Below are positions 1 to 9,080 of a stretch of 64,000 bases of DNA, piece by piece. The position numbers were made by a program, and so were the translations under genes. Each line of letters opens with the position of its first letter. Position 1 is the first letter of the stretch. The notes under the pieces were generated by a model. That model was not told the origin of the DNA, did not search any database, and saw nothing but the letters and a program-made list of their open reading frames with translations. Source of the stretch: Candidatus Hydrogenedentota bacterium. Its GTDB lineage: Bacteria; Hydrogenedentota; Hydrogenedentia; Hydrogenedentales; SLHB01. The stretch spans positions 64,001-128,000 of the forward strand of contig CAVUWV010000011.1 in assembly GCA_963745075.1 (NCBI GenBank), given 5' to 3'.

Positions 1-915
1 CGCGCGCAAGGCTTGGTCGTCGCTTAAGAACAGTGTCAGCACCCGAAAGATCGGCGCGCAGACCAGGTAGAAGAGCGGTGCCTGGAACATGGTCCACCCA
101 TCGCTCGCCAGCGGGACGCGCCAATGCTTGGCTACGTACTTGATGTAGGCCATGTGCCCCTCGATATCGAATCCGATACTTTGGGGAAGTTTGAACAGGT
201 TGTTTACCCCAAGCACCAAGAACGCCGCGACGAGAACCCAGCGGATCGTCGCGGGCGTAATCGTTTTTGTGAGCGTGCGCCGGCGTTCTTCCCCGAAATA
301 CCCTCCGATGCTCACCAGCAGGAACAACGGAACGAACAGGTACCACAGCGACAGCAGCGCCTCGTCGGCGCGGGGGAAGCGTTGCGAAACGGCGTAGGCG
401 TGGGGTGCGTCGACGGCGATGGCTGGCGTCCAGACTTTGGGATCCCGGCTGGCCTCCCAACCGGCGCCCGTGGCGATGGGTAGTTCGTCGCTGTACGCGA
501 GCAGGCACTGGGGACCGTTACGATTTGAGACGATGAAGAGAAGTTCGTAATCGCCGGCCGGAAGCCCCTGGTCGAACGCGATCGTTTCAGGCATTTTCCA
601 AGAGGCGCGTTGCGGATCGGTCCGGTAAATGGGTTGACCGTTCAGGTAGACGTCCGCGTTCTTCATCGTGCGAAAGGTCAGTGTGGCATGCGGAATATCT
701 TCCGCCAGCGGAAACCTTTTGCGAAATGCCGTGGCCAGTGTTACGTCGCCAATGTAGACTTCGATCTCGGGATTCTTGAAATGAATCCACTCAGCGCCGT
801 GCTCGGGAAAAAGATAAGGCATCTTGCTGGATCGCAGGCGCGCCAGCGCAAGCCCCGCACAAAAGACAATCGCAAGCGCTCCTACTATGACGATCCACGC
901 CGAACGGCGTTGCAT
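1..915 (-). CDS. Membrane glycosyltransferase-like protein (GT-C, ArnT/PMT-like), partial, runs off the left edge
   Basis: Translated by hand, not in the ORF track. ATG at 915 reads MQRRSAWIVIVGALAIVF (signal anchor), followed by a soluble domain and TM segments with GFDIEGHMAYIKY...GWTMFQAPLFY, typical of GT-C loop 1. Frame stays open to base 1. Confidence 0.65.
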   Translation of the reverse strand, partial: MQRRSAWIVIVGALAIVFCAGLALARLRSSKMPYLFPEHGAEWIHFKNPEIEVYIGDVTLATAFRKRFPLAEDIPHATLTFRTMKNADVYLNGQPIYRTDPQRASWKMPETIAFDQGLPAGDYELLFIVSNRNGPQCLLAYSDELPIATGAGWEASRDPKVWTPAIAVDAPHAYAVSQRFPRADEALLSLWYLFVPLFLLVSIGGYFGEERRRTLTKTITPATIRWVLVAAFLVLGVNNLFKLPQSIGFDIEGHMAYIKYVAKHWRVPLASDGWTMFQAPLFYLVCAPIFRVLTLFLSDDQALRA

Positions 916-920
916 GACGG

Positions 921-1655
921 TTAACGGCCTTCCAAAACGCCGCGCGAGGGGTAGAACCTGCACAACCAGACCGCCGTCTCTTCGAGCGGAATCTGTCCGG
1001 CGGCGGTACCTTCCCCGAAGGCGGCGAAAGTGAAGAGTGAGCCCAATGCAGGGAAGAACACCCGGCTCAACAGGCCCGTGTCGCCCATGCCGATGGTGAC
1101 GAGCCCCTTGTCGCGGTGCCGCAAGGTGTATTCGGCCAGCACATGCAGATCCTCGATGTTTCGGCACGTGGCCGCAACCTTCACGATGTCCGCCCCGGCG
1201 GAACTGGCGCGGTTCGCGATGTCATCGAGTGTGGCCGCTGGAGGCGTGCGCGCAAAATCGTGAAACGACACGATGGCGCACTTCTTCTGCGCGCGGGCAG
1301 CGGCAATGACCGATGCCACTATCGCGGCCGACGACAGCTCAACATCGACGGCGGCCACGCCGGGGAGGAGTGCCTTGTAGAGTGCGAGGCGCTCGTCGTC
1401 CGGCCCGTCCCATGCGCCGCCCTCGGCGGCGGAGCGAATCGTCGCGAGCACCGGGACGCCGCGAAACCGGTCGACTTCCTCACGCACACGCTCGGCTTCC
1501 CGGTTACTAAAGAAATCCACGCGCAACTCGGCGATATCCATGCCGAGTCGTTTCGCTTCCGCAATGCGTTCGGGCGGCGTGCCGTCGCGGAATGGCACGG
1601 CGATACGTGGAGTGACCCCGTCGAGTCGGAGGTCGCCCAGTTGAATGGTATTCAC
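921..1655 (-). CDS. aroD: Type I 3-dehydroquinate dehydratase
   Basis: Motifs DIAELRVD, ATIRSAAEGG, VSFHDF, DIVKVA, IGMG..G.LSR, AAGQIP. Confidence 0.92.
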   Translation of the reverse strand: MNTIQLGDLRLDGVTPRIAVPFRDGTPPERIAEAKRLGMDIAELRVDFFSNREAERVREEVDRFRGVPVLATIRSAAEGGAWDGPDDERLALYKALLPGVAAVDVELSSAAIVASVIAAARAQKKCAIVSFHDFARTPPAATLDDIANRASSAGADIVKVAATCRNIEDLHVLAEYTLRHRDKGLVTIGMGDTGLLSRVFFPALGSLFTFAAFGEGTAAGQIPLEETAVWLCRFYPSRGVLEGR

Positions 1656-1829
1656 GTTTCACGATCCTTTCCTCGCCGGATTGTAGCCGTTGAACGGTCA
1701 AGGCGCCAATTCTTGGGAGGCCAAAGTGGTTTTCATTGAATGCCAGGCGGTACCCGCATATACTGCCTTGCGGGCTAGCACAAACCGACGCAATAGTGGG
1801 TACATTAGTTGTAAGCCTTGGCGTGAGAC

Positions 1830-1987
1830 AACATCCCCCTTGATCCCCCTTCAAAGGGGGAAAAAGGGCGCAACGCTTTGCGTAGCGTTGGGTCTGCCAC
1901 GAACCTTATATCGAGGCATAGACCATAACTGCACCCGAATCCCGATGTGGGCGATTCCCCCTTTGAAGGGGGATCAAGGGGGATGTT
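1830..1987. repeat. Perfect 33-bp inverted repeat pair (REP/MITE-like)
   Basis: AACATCCCCCTTGATCCCCCTTCAAAGGGGGAA at 1830-1862 and its exact reverse complement at 1955-1987. Confidence 0.9.
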
Positions 1988-2065
1988 CTTCGGGTTGAGG
2001 AGCGTTCCGGACGTGTGCCCAAATTGCGAGGCGTGGTACCACGGAAATCAACGTAGGAGTCATCT

Positions 2066-3034
2066 ATGCGCGCACTGGTCACCGGCGGCGCCGGGTTTAT
2101 CGGATCCCATTTGTGCGAAGCCCTCGTGGCGCGCGGGGATGAAGTCTTCGTGCTCGACGACCTCAGCACGGGGCGATTCGAGAACATCGAACATCTCGAC
2201 GCGGTGACCTGTGTCGTGGATTCGACCTTAAATCAGGAAATCGTGCGCGATCTCATTCGCGAAGTCGACGTCGTATACCACCTCGCGGCGACCTTAGGCG
2301 TGCAGCTCGTCGTCGACGAACCCATCCGGACCATCGTCAACAACATCCAAGGCACGGAAACGATCCTCGAAGAGGCGTGCCGGTACCGACGTCGGTTGTT
2401 GCTGGCCTCCACCAGCGAGGTGTACGGCAAGAGCGACCGCGAAGTGTTCAGGGAAGACGACGACCGGATCATGGGCTCGACCCACCTGAGCCGGTGGAGC
2501 TATGCCGAATCAAAAGCTATCGACGAGTTCCTGGCGCTGGCCTATTGGCGCAGCAAGCGCTTGTCATGCGTCGTGGTGCGTTTGTTCAATACCGTGGGGC
2601 CGCGTCAAACCGGCCGCTACGGCATGGTCATCCCGCGCTTCGTCCGCGCTGCGCTGCGCAACGAACCGTTGACGGTGTATGGCGACGGCAAGCAGACGCG
2701 GTGTTTCGCCTTTGTGGGCGACGTGGTACCCGCGTTGATGCAACTCATGGATCGCAGCGATTTGAACGGTGAGATTTACAATGTCGGCAACACCGAACGG
2801 ATCACCATCATGGAACTTGCCGAGCGGGTTATCGCACGGTCGAAGAGTCGCTCAGAGATTACGTTTGTGCCCTACGATAAGGCCTATGGGGCGGGTTACG
2901 AAGATATGCGCCACCGGGCGCCCTGCCTCGAAAAGATCGGCGCGGCCATCGGCTATGAACCCAAAACGGGTTTGGATGCGATCCTGGATGCCGTCGTCGC
3001 GGAGATGCGGGGACGGCCCATCACTTCTTCCTGA
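2066..3034 (+). CDS. NAD-dependent nucleotide-sugar epimerase/dehydratase (extended SDR)
   Basis: TGGAGFIG, ASTSEVYG, YAESK, RLFNTVGPRQ, GDGKQTRCF. Confidence 0.92.
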   Translation: MRALVTGGAGFIGSHLCEALVARGDEVFVLDDLSTGRFENIEHLDAVTCVVDSTLNQEIVRDLIREVDVVYHLAATLGVQLVVDEPIRTIVNNIQGTETILEEACRYRRRLLLASTSEVYGKSDREVFREDDDRIMGSTHLSRWSYAESKAIDEFLALAYWRSKRLSCVVVRLFNTVGPRQTGRYGMVIPRFVRAALRNEPLTVYGDGKQTRCFAFVGDVVPALMQLMDRSDLNGEIYNVGNTERITIMELAERVIARSKSRSEITFVPYDKAYGAGYEDMRHRAPCLEKIGAAIGYEPKTGLDAILDAVVAEMRGRPITSS

Positions 3035-3185
3035 GCGGAAATCCATCTTCGTCTCCGGAAGTTCATCACCTATTATCAGTTAGACCCCGCCGCATGTGAG
3101 GCCGTGGAGAATCTAGCGTTGTCGGATTAGGAGAATCCGCAGAACGCACCCTTACGGTCATGGAATCGAAAACTGTCGAAGCGGT

Positions 3186-3399
3186 GTAGTCCGCATTTCT
3201 CACCGCCCGAAAGTCTTCGTATTGAGGAGCATTACCTTAGGCGCGGCGAGAAATGCTTTCGAGAAAGACCGTAGGCTCACTGTTGAGGAATTCTCACACG
3301 CACTCACTGAACCCCAAAAGCTCGGGCCAGCATGTGAAGCCCCAGAGCGAATTGGGGTTACAGACCCGACGATTGGAGCGTGTGAGAATTCCGGTGTAG
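3186..3399. mobile_element. MITE-like dispersed repeat, copy 1
   Basis: GTAGTCCGCATTTCTCAC...GAGAAATGCTTTCGAG...TTGGGGTTAC...GTGTGAGAATTCCGGTGTAG. Collinear similarity to 8787-8955 and imperfect terminal inverted repeats. Confidence 0.6.
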
Positions 3400-3405
3400 C
3401 GAGAA

Positions 3406-5259
3406 TCACCGAAACGGTTTCGCGTCCAGCGTTTGAACCTTCGCGTCCGGTGGGAGCTGGAATTCTTCCTCTTTGAACGGTTGAACGGGTCCGCCCTGCG
3501 TCCGCACCCACTTCTTTCCGTTCTCTTCCATGGTCGCGGTGACGGGGACTGGTTCGAGGTTCTTATTGTCGATCTTAACCCAGATGTTGAAGGGGTCTTC
3601 GTCGTCCGCGAATATCGGAACGATGTTTTGCGCGTAGATGGGTCCTGTCATCGCGACGACATCCAGCGCGCCGTATCCTTTCTCCTCAGGGGTGCGCACC
3701 ACGCGTGCGCGATACACGGAATAGGATGGCGGGTTGTCGGTCATCTTGAAGAGTTCAACCTTGTCCGAATTGATCTTTTTCGATAATATCGGCCAGCCAT
3801 TTCGGAGGATCTCCAGTTTCATCCCCTTCGCATTGCTGACCTTGACGACGAGGTCAGCCGGCAATCCAAGCGGTATCACGCCGCCGATCCCGACATCGGC
3901 CGGACCCAGTGTCGCCTTCGTCTTTTTCTCGTTCATGAGATTCTTGCCTTCGAGATCCTGCGCGTCGATGACGACGCGATCCTTCTTCGGCTTTACGTCG
4001 GCCGTGAAAATCATGAACGGACCGTCCGGGCTGGACGACACGACGGTGCGTCCCAGGCGCAGTCCGTTGAGAATCCCTCGAACCGACTTCTCCGGTGCAT
4101 AGACCCAAGTTACAGGCGAACCCATGGGCACGCCCGGGCTGGACGAAAGACTGCCCGCGATGGGTGCAGCCTTCAGGCCGCGAACCAATTCGTAATCCCA
4201 AAACATGCAGGCTTGCCCGTTGGCGGAAAGCTGGGTCTCGGACGCCGCACGCGAGATGGAATAGATTAGATCTTTGCCATCCTTACGGCGGCGGTATTCC
4301 GGTACGAAGGCGCTCAACGACACGGGAGGGACGGCCCGGTAGTCCCGGCACCACACCTCGACGGCGTTCACGTAGCTGAGTCCACGCTGCCAGGGCGCGT
4401 TGGGAAAGCATGGGTGGGCGATGGCGAAAATCCCTCCTTGCGCCTGAACGCGCCGGCACACTCCCTGATCGTCGCGAATGTCACTGGTCAATTCGGGGTA
4501 GGTGTGGGGACCATAAATCAGCGCCACGCCCCGGTCGTCGGTGCCCCACTCCATGGCGGGAATCAAGACGACCTTCTTGGACTGGAACTCAGGATCAAAA
4601 CATGCATCCATCGTGTTTCGATCGGTGATGGCGATGAAATCGAGGCCGCGTTTCTCGGCCCGATCCACCAGTTCTTTGACGGATTCCTTGCCACCACCGT
4701 GGATCGATCGAACGTGCAAATCACCCTTGTACCAGCCCGCTTCTTTCGACAAGACCGGCGAATCGAAGGGAATGAGTTCCGCGTGCGGGAAGCTGTCCGG
4801 ATCCGACGGGTCCGTCTTTGCGTCCAGCTCCACCCGGTCCAGCACGAGATCGCCGTCGTGGTCGAAGGCGCGAAGGGGCAAGTCGCTTCCCACGCCCAAG
4901 GTCAGTTGCGACGTGACAGTGGCGACCGCGTCTTTCTTGATCGACACCCGTTGTATATCCGTCATAATGGGGATATCCCAGTCGTACACGTATACATACA
5001 CGACGTATTCACCGACCGGAAAGGGCGTCATCAGTTTGCCTTCCTTGAGCCGGCGCGTGGAGACGTCTCCCCCGTCGAGGGGGTAGATTTCGATCTTGCC
5101 GGGAAGCTCCCGCTCGAGGATGTCCGTAACTTCCACAAACAGCGAGCCTTGCGTAGTCGTTGGCGGTGGCGCTTCGGCCCCCTGGCTTGGGACCCCGAGG
5201 ACAATGGTGGCCCAAAGCACCAGCACGGGAAAACCCCGTAGACTCATTGTTCTGCTCAT
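3406..5259 (-). CDS. Exported CehA/McbA-like PHP-domain protein with degenerate metal ligands
   Basis: Signal peptide. GWYKGDLHVRS, GLDFIAITDRN, FAIAHP, NAVEVW and GLRLGRTVVS match the PHP/CehA layout. Confidence 0.75.
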   Translation of the reverse strand: MSRTMSLRGFPVLVLWATIVLGVPSQGAEAPPPTTTQGSLFVEVTDILERELPGKIEIYPLDGGDVSTRRLKEGKLMTPFPVGEYVVYVYVYDWDIPIMTDIQRVSIKKDAVATVTSQLTLGVGSDLPLRAFDHDGDLVLDRVELDAKTDPSDPDSFPHAELIPFDSPVLSKEAGWYKGDLHVRSIHGGGKESVKELVDRAEKRGLDFIAITDRNTMDACFDPEFQSKKVVLIPAMEWGTDDRGVALIYGPHTYPELTSDIRDDQGVCRRVQAQGGIFAIAHPCFPNAPWQRGLSYVNAVEVWCRDYRAVPPVSLSAFVPEYRRRKDGKDLIYSISRAASETQLSANGQACMFWDYELVRGLKAAPIAGSLSSSPGVPMGSPVTWVYAPEKSVRGILNGLRLGRTVVSSSPDGPFMIFTADVKPKKDRVVIDAQDLEGKNLMNEKKTKATLGPADVGIGGVIPLGLPADLVVKVSNAKGMKLEILRNGWPILSKKINSDKVELFKMTDNPPSYSVYRARVVRTPEEKGYGALDVVAMTGPIYAQNIVPIFADDEDPFNIWVKIDNKNLEPVPVTATMEENGKKWVRTQGGPVQPFKEEEFQLPPDAKVQTLDAKPFR

Positions 5260-5452
5260 CGCACTACTCCCGTAACCCGCAGCTACATTTATGTTGCGTT
5301 CTGCTTATATACTAGTTACAATAGGACTAGCATGAACTAGACAGTAGCTCATGTAATCACGTGAACTCACGACCGGTTTTGGCGGTTCCAAACCCGTCTG
5401 AGGATTGGGCAACGCATCGATTACGATGCGGTAATGAGAGGAGGAAGTCAAG

Positions 5453-5893
5453 ATGCTATCGAGTATCGACATCAACAGTAGTGTGGCGGTGTACGTACAG
5501 ATCGAAAACCACGTGCAGTTTGCCATCGCGTCCAGCCGGTTGAAGGCCGGTGACCAGCTTCCGTCGGTGCGCGAACTTTCCGAACGCCTCGGCGTGAACC
5601 CGAACACCGTGGCCAAAGCCTACCGGGACCTGGAGGTCATGGGGCTGCTGTATACGCGCCGTGGTATGGGCGTGTTTGTGAACAAGGGGATCGAGGCCAA
5701 GTGCCGCGAAGATTGCCGTAAGCGCATTATTGGCCGTATGCATGAGGTCGTTGCCGAGGCCAAGGCGGCCGGCATGACCAAATCGGAGGTCGGCGAAGTC
5801 GCAGATAAGAGCTACGCGTCCGACGCGGGCCCGTACAGCGCGACCCCTAATTCGCTTACCGCGCTCGCGAAGAGCAAGAAGAAGGCGAAATAA
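5453..5893 (+). CDS. GntR family transcriptional regulator (YtrA/YhcF subfamily)
   Basis: LPSVRELSERLGVNPNTVAKAYRDLE...RRGMGVFV with a short C-terminus. GAGGAGG RBS upstream. Confidence 0.92.
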   Translation: MLSSIDINSSVAVYVQIENHVQFAIASSRLKAGDQLPSVRELSERLGVNPNTVAKAYRDLEVMGLLYTRRGMGVFVNKGIEAKCREDCRKRIIGRMHEVVAEAKAAGMTKSEVGEVADKSYASDAGPYSATPNSLTALAKSKKKAK

Positions 5894-5926
5894 ATTAGAT
5901 TACTTGCGCGATACTTGTAAAACGTG

Positions 5927-5970
5927 AACTGGGTTGTCTGTGAAGCGGGCAACCCAGTTTGTGTTTTTAT
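5927..5970 (+). terminator. Rho-independent terminator after the GntR gene
   Basis: AACTGGGTTGTCTG-TGAAG-CGGGCAACCCAGTT stem followed by TGTGTTTTTAT. Confidence 0.75.
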
Positions 5971-6096
5971 CTAAAGTGCTGTAAATAAATAATTTATGTG
6001 ATTATCTTTGTAGTCGGTTCGAGTCATTGACTGACAGATTGACCGAGACAGTGTGAAAAGCGCTTCGCTTCTCGGGTGGAATTGTGCAGAAAATAA

Positions 6097-6125
6097 TTGA
6101 CATTGTGCGACCCTTGGTCTAGACT
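6097..6125 (+). promoter_or_regulatory. Sigma70-type promoter for the recombinase-domain gene
   Basis: TTGACA-N17-TAGACT with AT-rich sequence upstream. Confidence 0.7.
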
Positions 6126-6252
6126 TAGTTCAGAACACTTGGGACTGGGAATTTCACCGGTATGCCCCTTGAGACTGCCTTGGGGGGATAGAATGGTGCC
6201 TTACCGGTTGGAAATTCAGGCTGTGGCGATAGCAGACTGGCAGATAGGCGCA

Positions 6253-6813
6253 ATGGAATCGATCGAACATTCGACGAGCCCTGAACCCGCCATCGGGCAG
6301 GATGAACACCATTCTCCGGGGGCGGCCGGGGAAATGGGTGCGGTTTCACGCACCATATCCAGCGAACCGATGGACCAAACCGGGCGGTTAAGTCACGGGG
6401 CGAAGGTCAAACGGGGACAACTCAGTGCGGTGCAACAAGGCCGCTACGGCACTGGTCCGGCGCCCTACGGGTACCGGCGTGGCGAAGAGGGCGAGAAACC
6501 GCTGGTCGTTGACGACCGGGAGGCGGAAGTCGTCCGCACCATTTTCCGCGAATACCTGAACACGCGGAGTACCGGGAAGGTCGTCTCCTACCTCCATTCC
6601 CGGGGAATCTTCACGCGCAAAGGTAACAAGTGGTCTCGTCAGGCCATCGCTATCATCCTTTCCAACCGGACGTACCGCGGCCGCGTCAGCTATGGGGACG
6701 TAGAAACCCAAGGGATCCATGAGCCGATCATCGATCCGGCGTTGTTTTACAAGGCGAACGCCTTGCGGGAACGGCGCCGGCGCGGCAAGGATGCCGGCGC
6801 GAATCTGGACTGA
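6253..6813 (+). CDS. Stand-alone 'Recombinase' DNA-binding-domain protein (large serine recombinase-like, no catalytic domain)
   Basis: APYGY...LVVDDREAEVVRTIF...LHSRGIFTRKGNKWSRQAIAIILSNRTYRG...HEPIID. Start ATG at 6253 is uncertain. The ORF-track TTG at 6097 is the -35 box. Confidence 0.8.
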   Translation: MESIEHSTSPEPAIGQDEHHSPGAAGEMGAVSRTISSEPMDQTGRLSHGAKVKRGQLSAVQQGRYGTGPAPYGYRRGEEGEKPLVVDDREAEVVRTIFREYLNTRSTGKVVSYLHSRGIFTRKGNKWSRQAIAIILSNRTYRGRVSYGDVETQGIHEPIIDPALFYKANALRERRRRGKDAGANLD

Positions 6814-6843
6814 CGCCCGTCACATGAATCTTCCGTCGTGTCG

Positions 6844-6872
6844 TTGACGCCCTTTTCATGCCCCGCTATAAT
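6844..6872 (+). promoter_or_regulatory. Sigma70-type promoter
   Basis: TTGACG-N17-TATAAT upstream of the isochorismatase gene. Confidence 0.7.
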
Positions 6873-6945
6873 CGCGTTTTGACCAAGACCCACGGCAATT
6901 CTCAACCGGTTTCTCCGGCCTTCCGGAAGATAAGGGTTCGTCTGC

Positions 6946-7485
6946 ATGCTCGATCGTAATTCTGTGGCGCTCCTCGTAATCGACTTCCAAGAGAAGCTGT
7001 TGCCCAAGATTCTGAACGGTGACTGCGTCGTCCGGCAGGCCGTCAAATTGATTCAGTTCGCGCGGACGCTGGCCCTTCCCGTCCTGGTTACGGAGCAATA
7101 TCCGAAGGGGCTGGGCCGCACCGTCGAGCCGGTCGCGAAGGAACTCGGAGCCATCGAACCCATGGAAAAGACGGCGTTCGGCTGCCTGGGGGACGCGGCC
7201 ATCGCGGCGGCTGTGGCCAATACGGGCAGGAAGCAACTCCTGCTGACGGGCATCGAGACGCACGTTTGTGTCATGCAGACCGCGCTGTCAGCCCTCGAAA
7301 AAGACTATGAAGTTTTCGTGCCCCGTGACGCGGTGGGATCCCGTCTGGAAGCGGAGTACGACGCGGGGCTTCATCGCCTTGAACGTGCCGGTGTCGAACT
7401 CGTTACCACCGAAATGGCGCTTTTTGAAATCCTGCGGGAAGCGGGAACGGCGGAATTCAAGCAAACCCTGCCCCTCATCAAGTAG
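6946..7485 (+). CDS. Isochorismatase family cysteine hydrolase (YcaC-like)
   Basis: LLVIDFQEKL, TEQYPKGLG, EKTAF, GIETHVCV.QT. Confidence 0.9.
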   Translation: MLDRNSVALLVIDFQEKLLPKILNGDCVVRQAVKLIQFARTLALPVLVTEQYPKGLGRTVEPVAKELGAIEPMEKTAFGCLGDAAIAAAVANTGRKQLLLTGIETHVCVMQTALSALEKDYEVFVPRDAVGSRLEAEYDAGLHRLERAGVELVTTEMALFEILREAGTAEFKQTLPLIK

Positions 7486-7524
7486 GACCATCGGCCGAAT
7501 CGAGGCTGCCATTGGGGGAGAATC

Positions 7525-8790
7525 ATGATAGGAGATCTAGTGATGGCACACGACATTTCACTCGCGGCTACCGCTTCCATCCTCGTACTTGCGGCGCTGT
7601 GTACCGCAGCCGTGGCTTCGGCGGACCCCATCGTCACCGCTTACGACGATGATGGCATGGTGACCGTAAACGGCCAACGCACACTGATTATCGGCACCTA
7701 CTACGCCGGCAACAAGTACACCGCGCCCAAACCCACCCCGGAACTTTATGAGGAACTTGCGGCCGCGGGCTTCAACCTCGTGCACGGCAGTGCCGATACC
7801 CTCGACATGATTCAGGCGGCGGGGCTCATGGCCTGGACAAACGCCGGAACGCTCGATCTCGACAACCGGGAAGCGAGCCAACAGAAGATCCTCGATGCCG
7901 TCAACGCCGTTAAAGACCATCCAGCGCTGGCCTTTCTGGAGACGGTCGATGAACCCGCATGGACCTGGATGAAAGCCGAGGCGCGCGTCCCGGCACAAGC
8001 GCTTATAGACGCCTACCCCATCATCAAGGGCGCCGACCCGAATCACCTGCTGTACACGAATCAGGCGCCAACCAATCTGGTCAAAACGCTTCGCGCCTAC
8101 AACGACGGAACAGACATTGTCGCCGTGGATATCTATCCGGTGAATCCGGGCGGGTTGAAATATTCCTACGCGCTGTTTGCGGACGGATTCCAGGGCGATC
8201 TGAATAACATTTACATCAGCCAGGTTGGCGAGTACGTGGACAAGATGCGCCGGGTCGCCGGGACGAATCGACCCGTGTTTATGGTGTTGCAGGGATTTGC
8301 ATGGGAGATGCTGACGGACGAGGCAGAACGCCGGGAAGAGAAGATTCTGTACCCTACCTATGAGGAGAGCCGGTTCATGGCCTTCCAATCGCTGATCAAG
8401 GGCGCGAACGGCATTTTGTACTGGGGCACGTACTACACGCCGCAGCCGTCGGACAGTTGGACCGGCCTGAAACGAGTCGTCCGCGAAGTCGCCGACCTCG
8501 CAGCACCCTTGGCTGAACGGGCGAAAGAGTTGCCCCTGACTGCGGAGTATCACGAAGTGGGACACTCCGTGGACGTGGGCGTCCAATGGTTGGCGAAGGA
8601 GCACGACGGAAAGCTCTATCTCTTCACGTGCAACGCCGATAAGAACCCCTGCCGCGCGACGCTATCCGGGTTGAACGGATGGACCGGTTGCCGGGCGATC
8701 GATGAAGATCGCGATTTGACGGTCGACAACGGGAGCATCACGGACGATTGGAAGCGGTTCGACGTGCACATCTACGAGTTGACGAAGTAG
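7525..8790 (+). CDS. Secreted protein, probable glycoside-hydrolase-like TIM barrel
   Basis: Signal peptide. AGFNLV, HPAL...VDEP, DIVAVDIYP, PVFMVLQGF, GANGILYW resemble clan GH-A barrels. Confidence 0.55.
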   Translation: MIGDLVMAHDISLAATASILVLAALCTAAVASADPIVTAYDDDGMVTVNGQRTLIIGTYYAGNKYTAPKPTPELYEELAAAGFNLVHGSADTLDMIQAAGLMAWTNAGTLDLDNREASQQKILDAVNAVKDHPALAFLETVDEPAWTWMKAEARVPAQALIDAYPIIKGADPNHLLYTNQAPTNLVKTLRAYNDGTDIVAVDIYPVNPGGLKYSYALFADGFQGDLNNIYISQVGEYVDKMRRVAGTNRPVFMVLQGFAWEMLTDEAERREEKILYPTYEESRFMAFQSLIKGANGILYWGTYYTPQPSDSWTGLKRVVREVADLAAPLAERAKELPLTAEYHEVGHSVDVGVQWLAKEHDGKLYLFTCNADKNPCRATLSGLNGWTGCRAIDEDRDLTVDNGSITDDWKRFDVHIYELTK

Positions 8791-8955
8791 TCTGCATTTC
8801 TCACTGCCCCGAAAGACATCGTCTTGCCCGCCGGTACCTTGGGCGCGGTGAGAAATGCTTTCGAGCAAATTGAAAGCCCGGACCGACACGCAAAGCTCCA
8901 AGGCGATTTGGGGTTACCGATTCGACGTTTGGTGGGTGTGAGAATTCCAGGCTAG
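8787..8955. mobile_element. MITE-like dispersed repeat, copy 2
   Basis: GTAGTCTGCATTTCTCAC...GTGAGAAATGCTTTCGAG...TTGGGGTTAC...GTGTGAGAATTCCAGGCTAG. Its left end overlaps the TAG stop of the upstream gene. Confidence 0.6.
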
Positions 8956-9053
8956 GGGGGACCGAGGCATACCGACGCTAACGGACCCGCATGGACACTG
9001 GTGTTGCATTTGTGCACCACCAAATTGAGCGCCCCTTACAACGGACCAACAAC

Positions 9054-9080
9054 GTAGACGCGGCTTCCAGCCGCGTCTAC
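9054..9080. repeat. GTAG-type REP-like palindrome
   Basis: GTAGACGCGGCT-TCC-AGCCGCGTCTAC, a perfect 12-bp stem between convergent genes. Confidence 0.7.

Noticed and set aside
6097..6252. N-terminal extension of the recombinase ORF as a catalytic domain
   Set aside because: Starts at the TTG of a -35 box and has no serine-recombinase catalytic motif.
5900..6850. Integrated element or prophage boundary at the recombinase-like gene
   Set aside because: No phage or plasmid genes, tRNA target or flanking direct repeats are visible.
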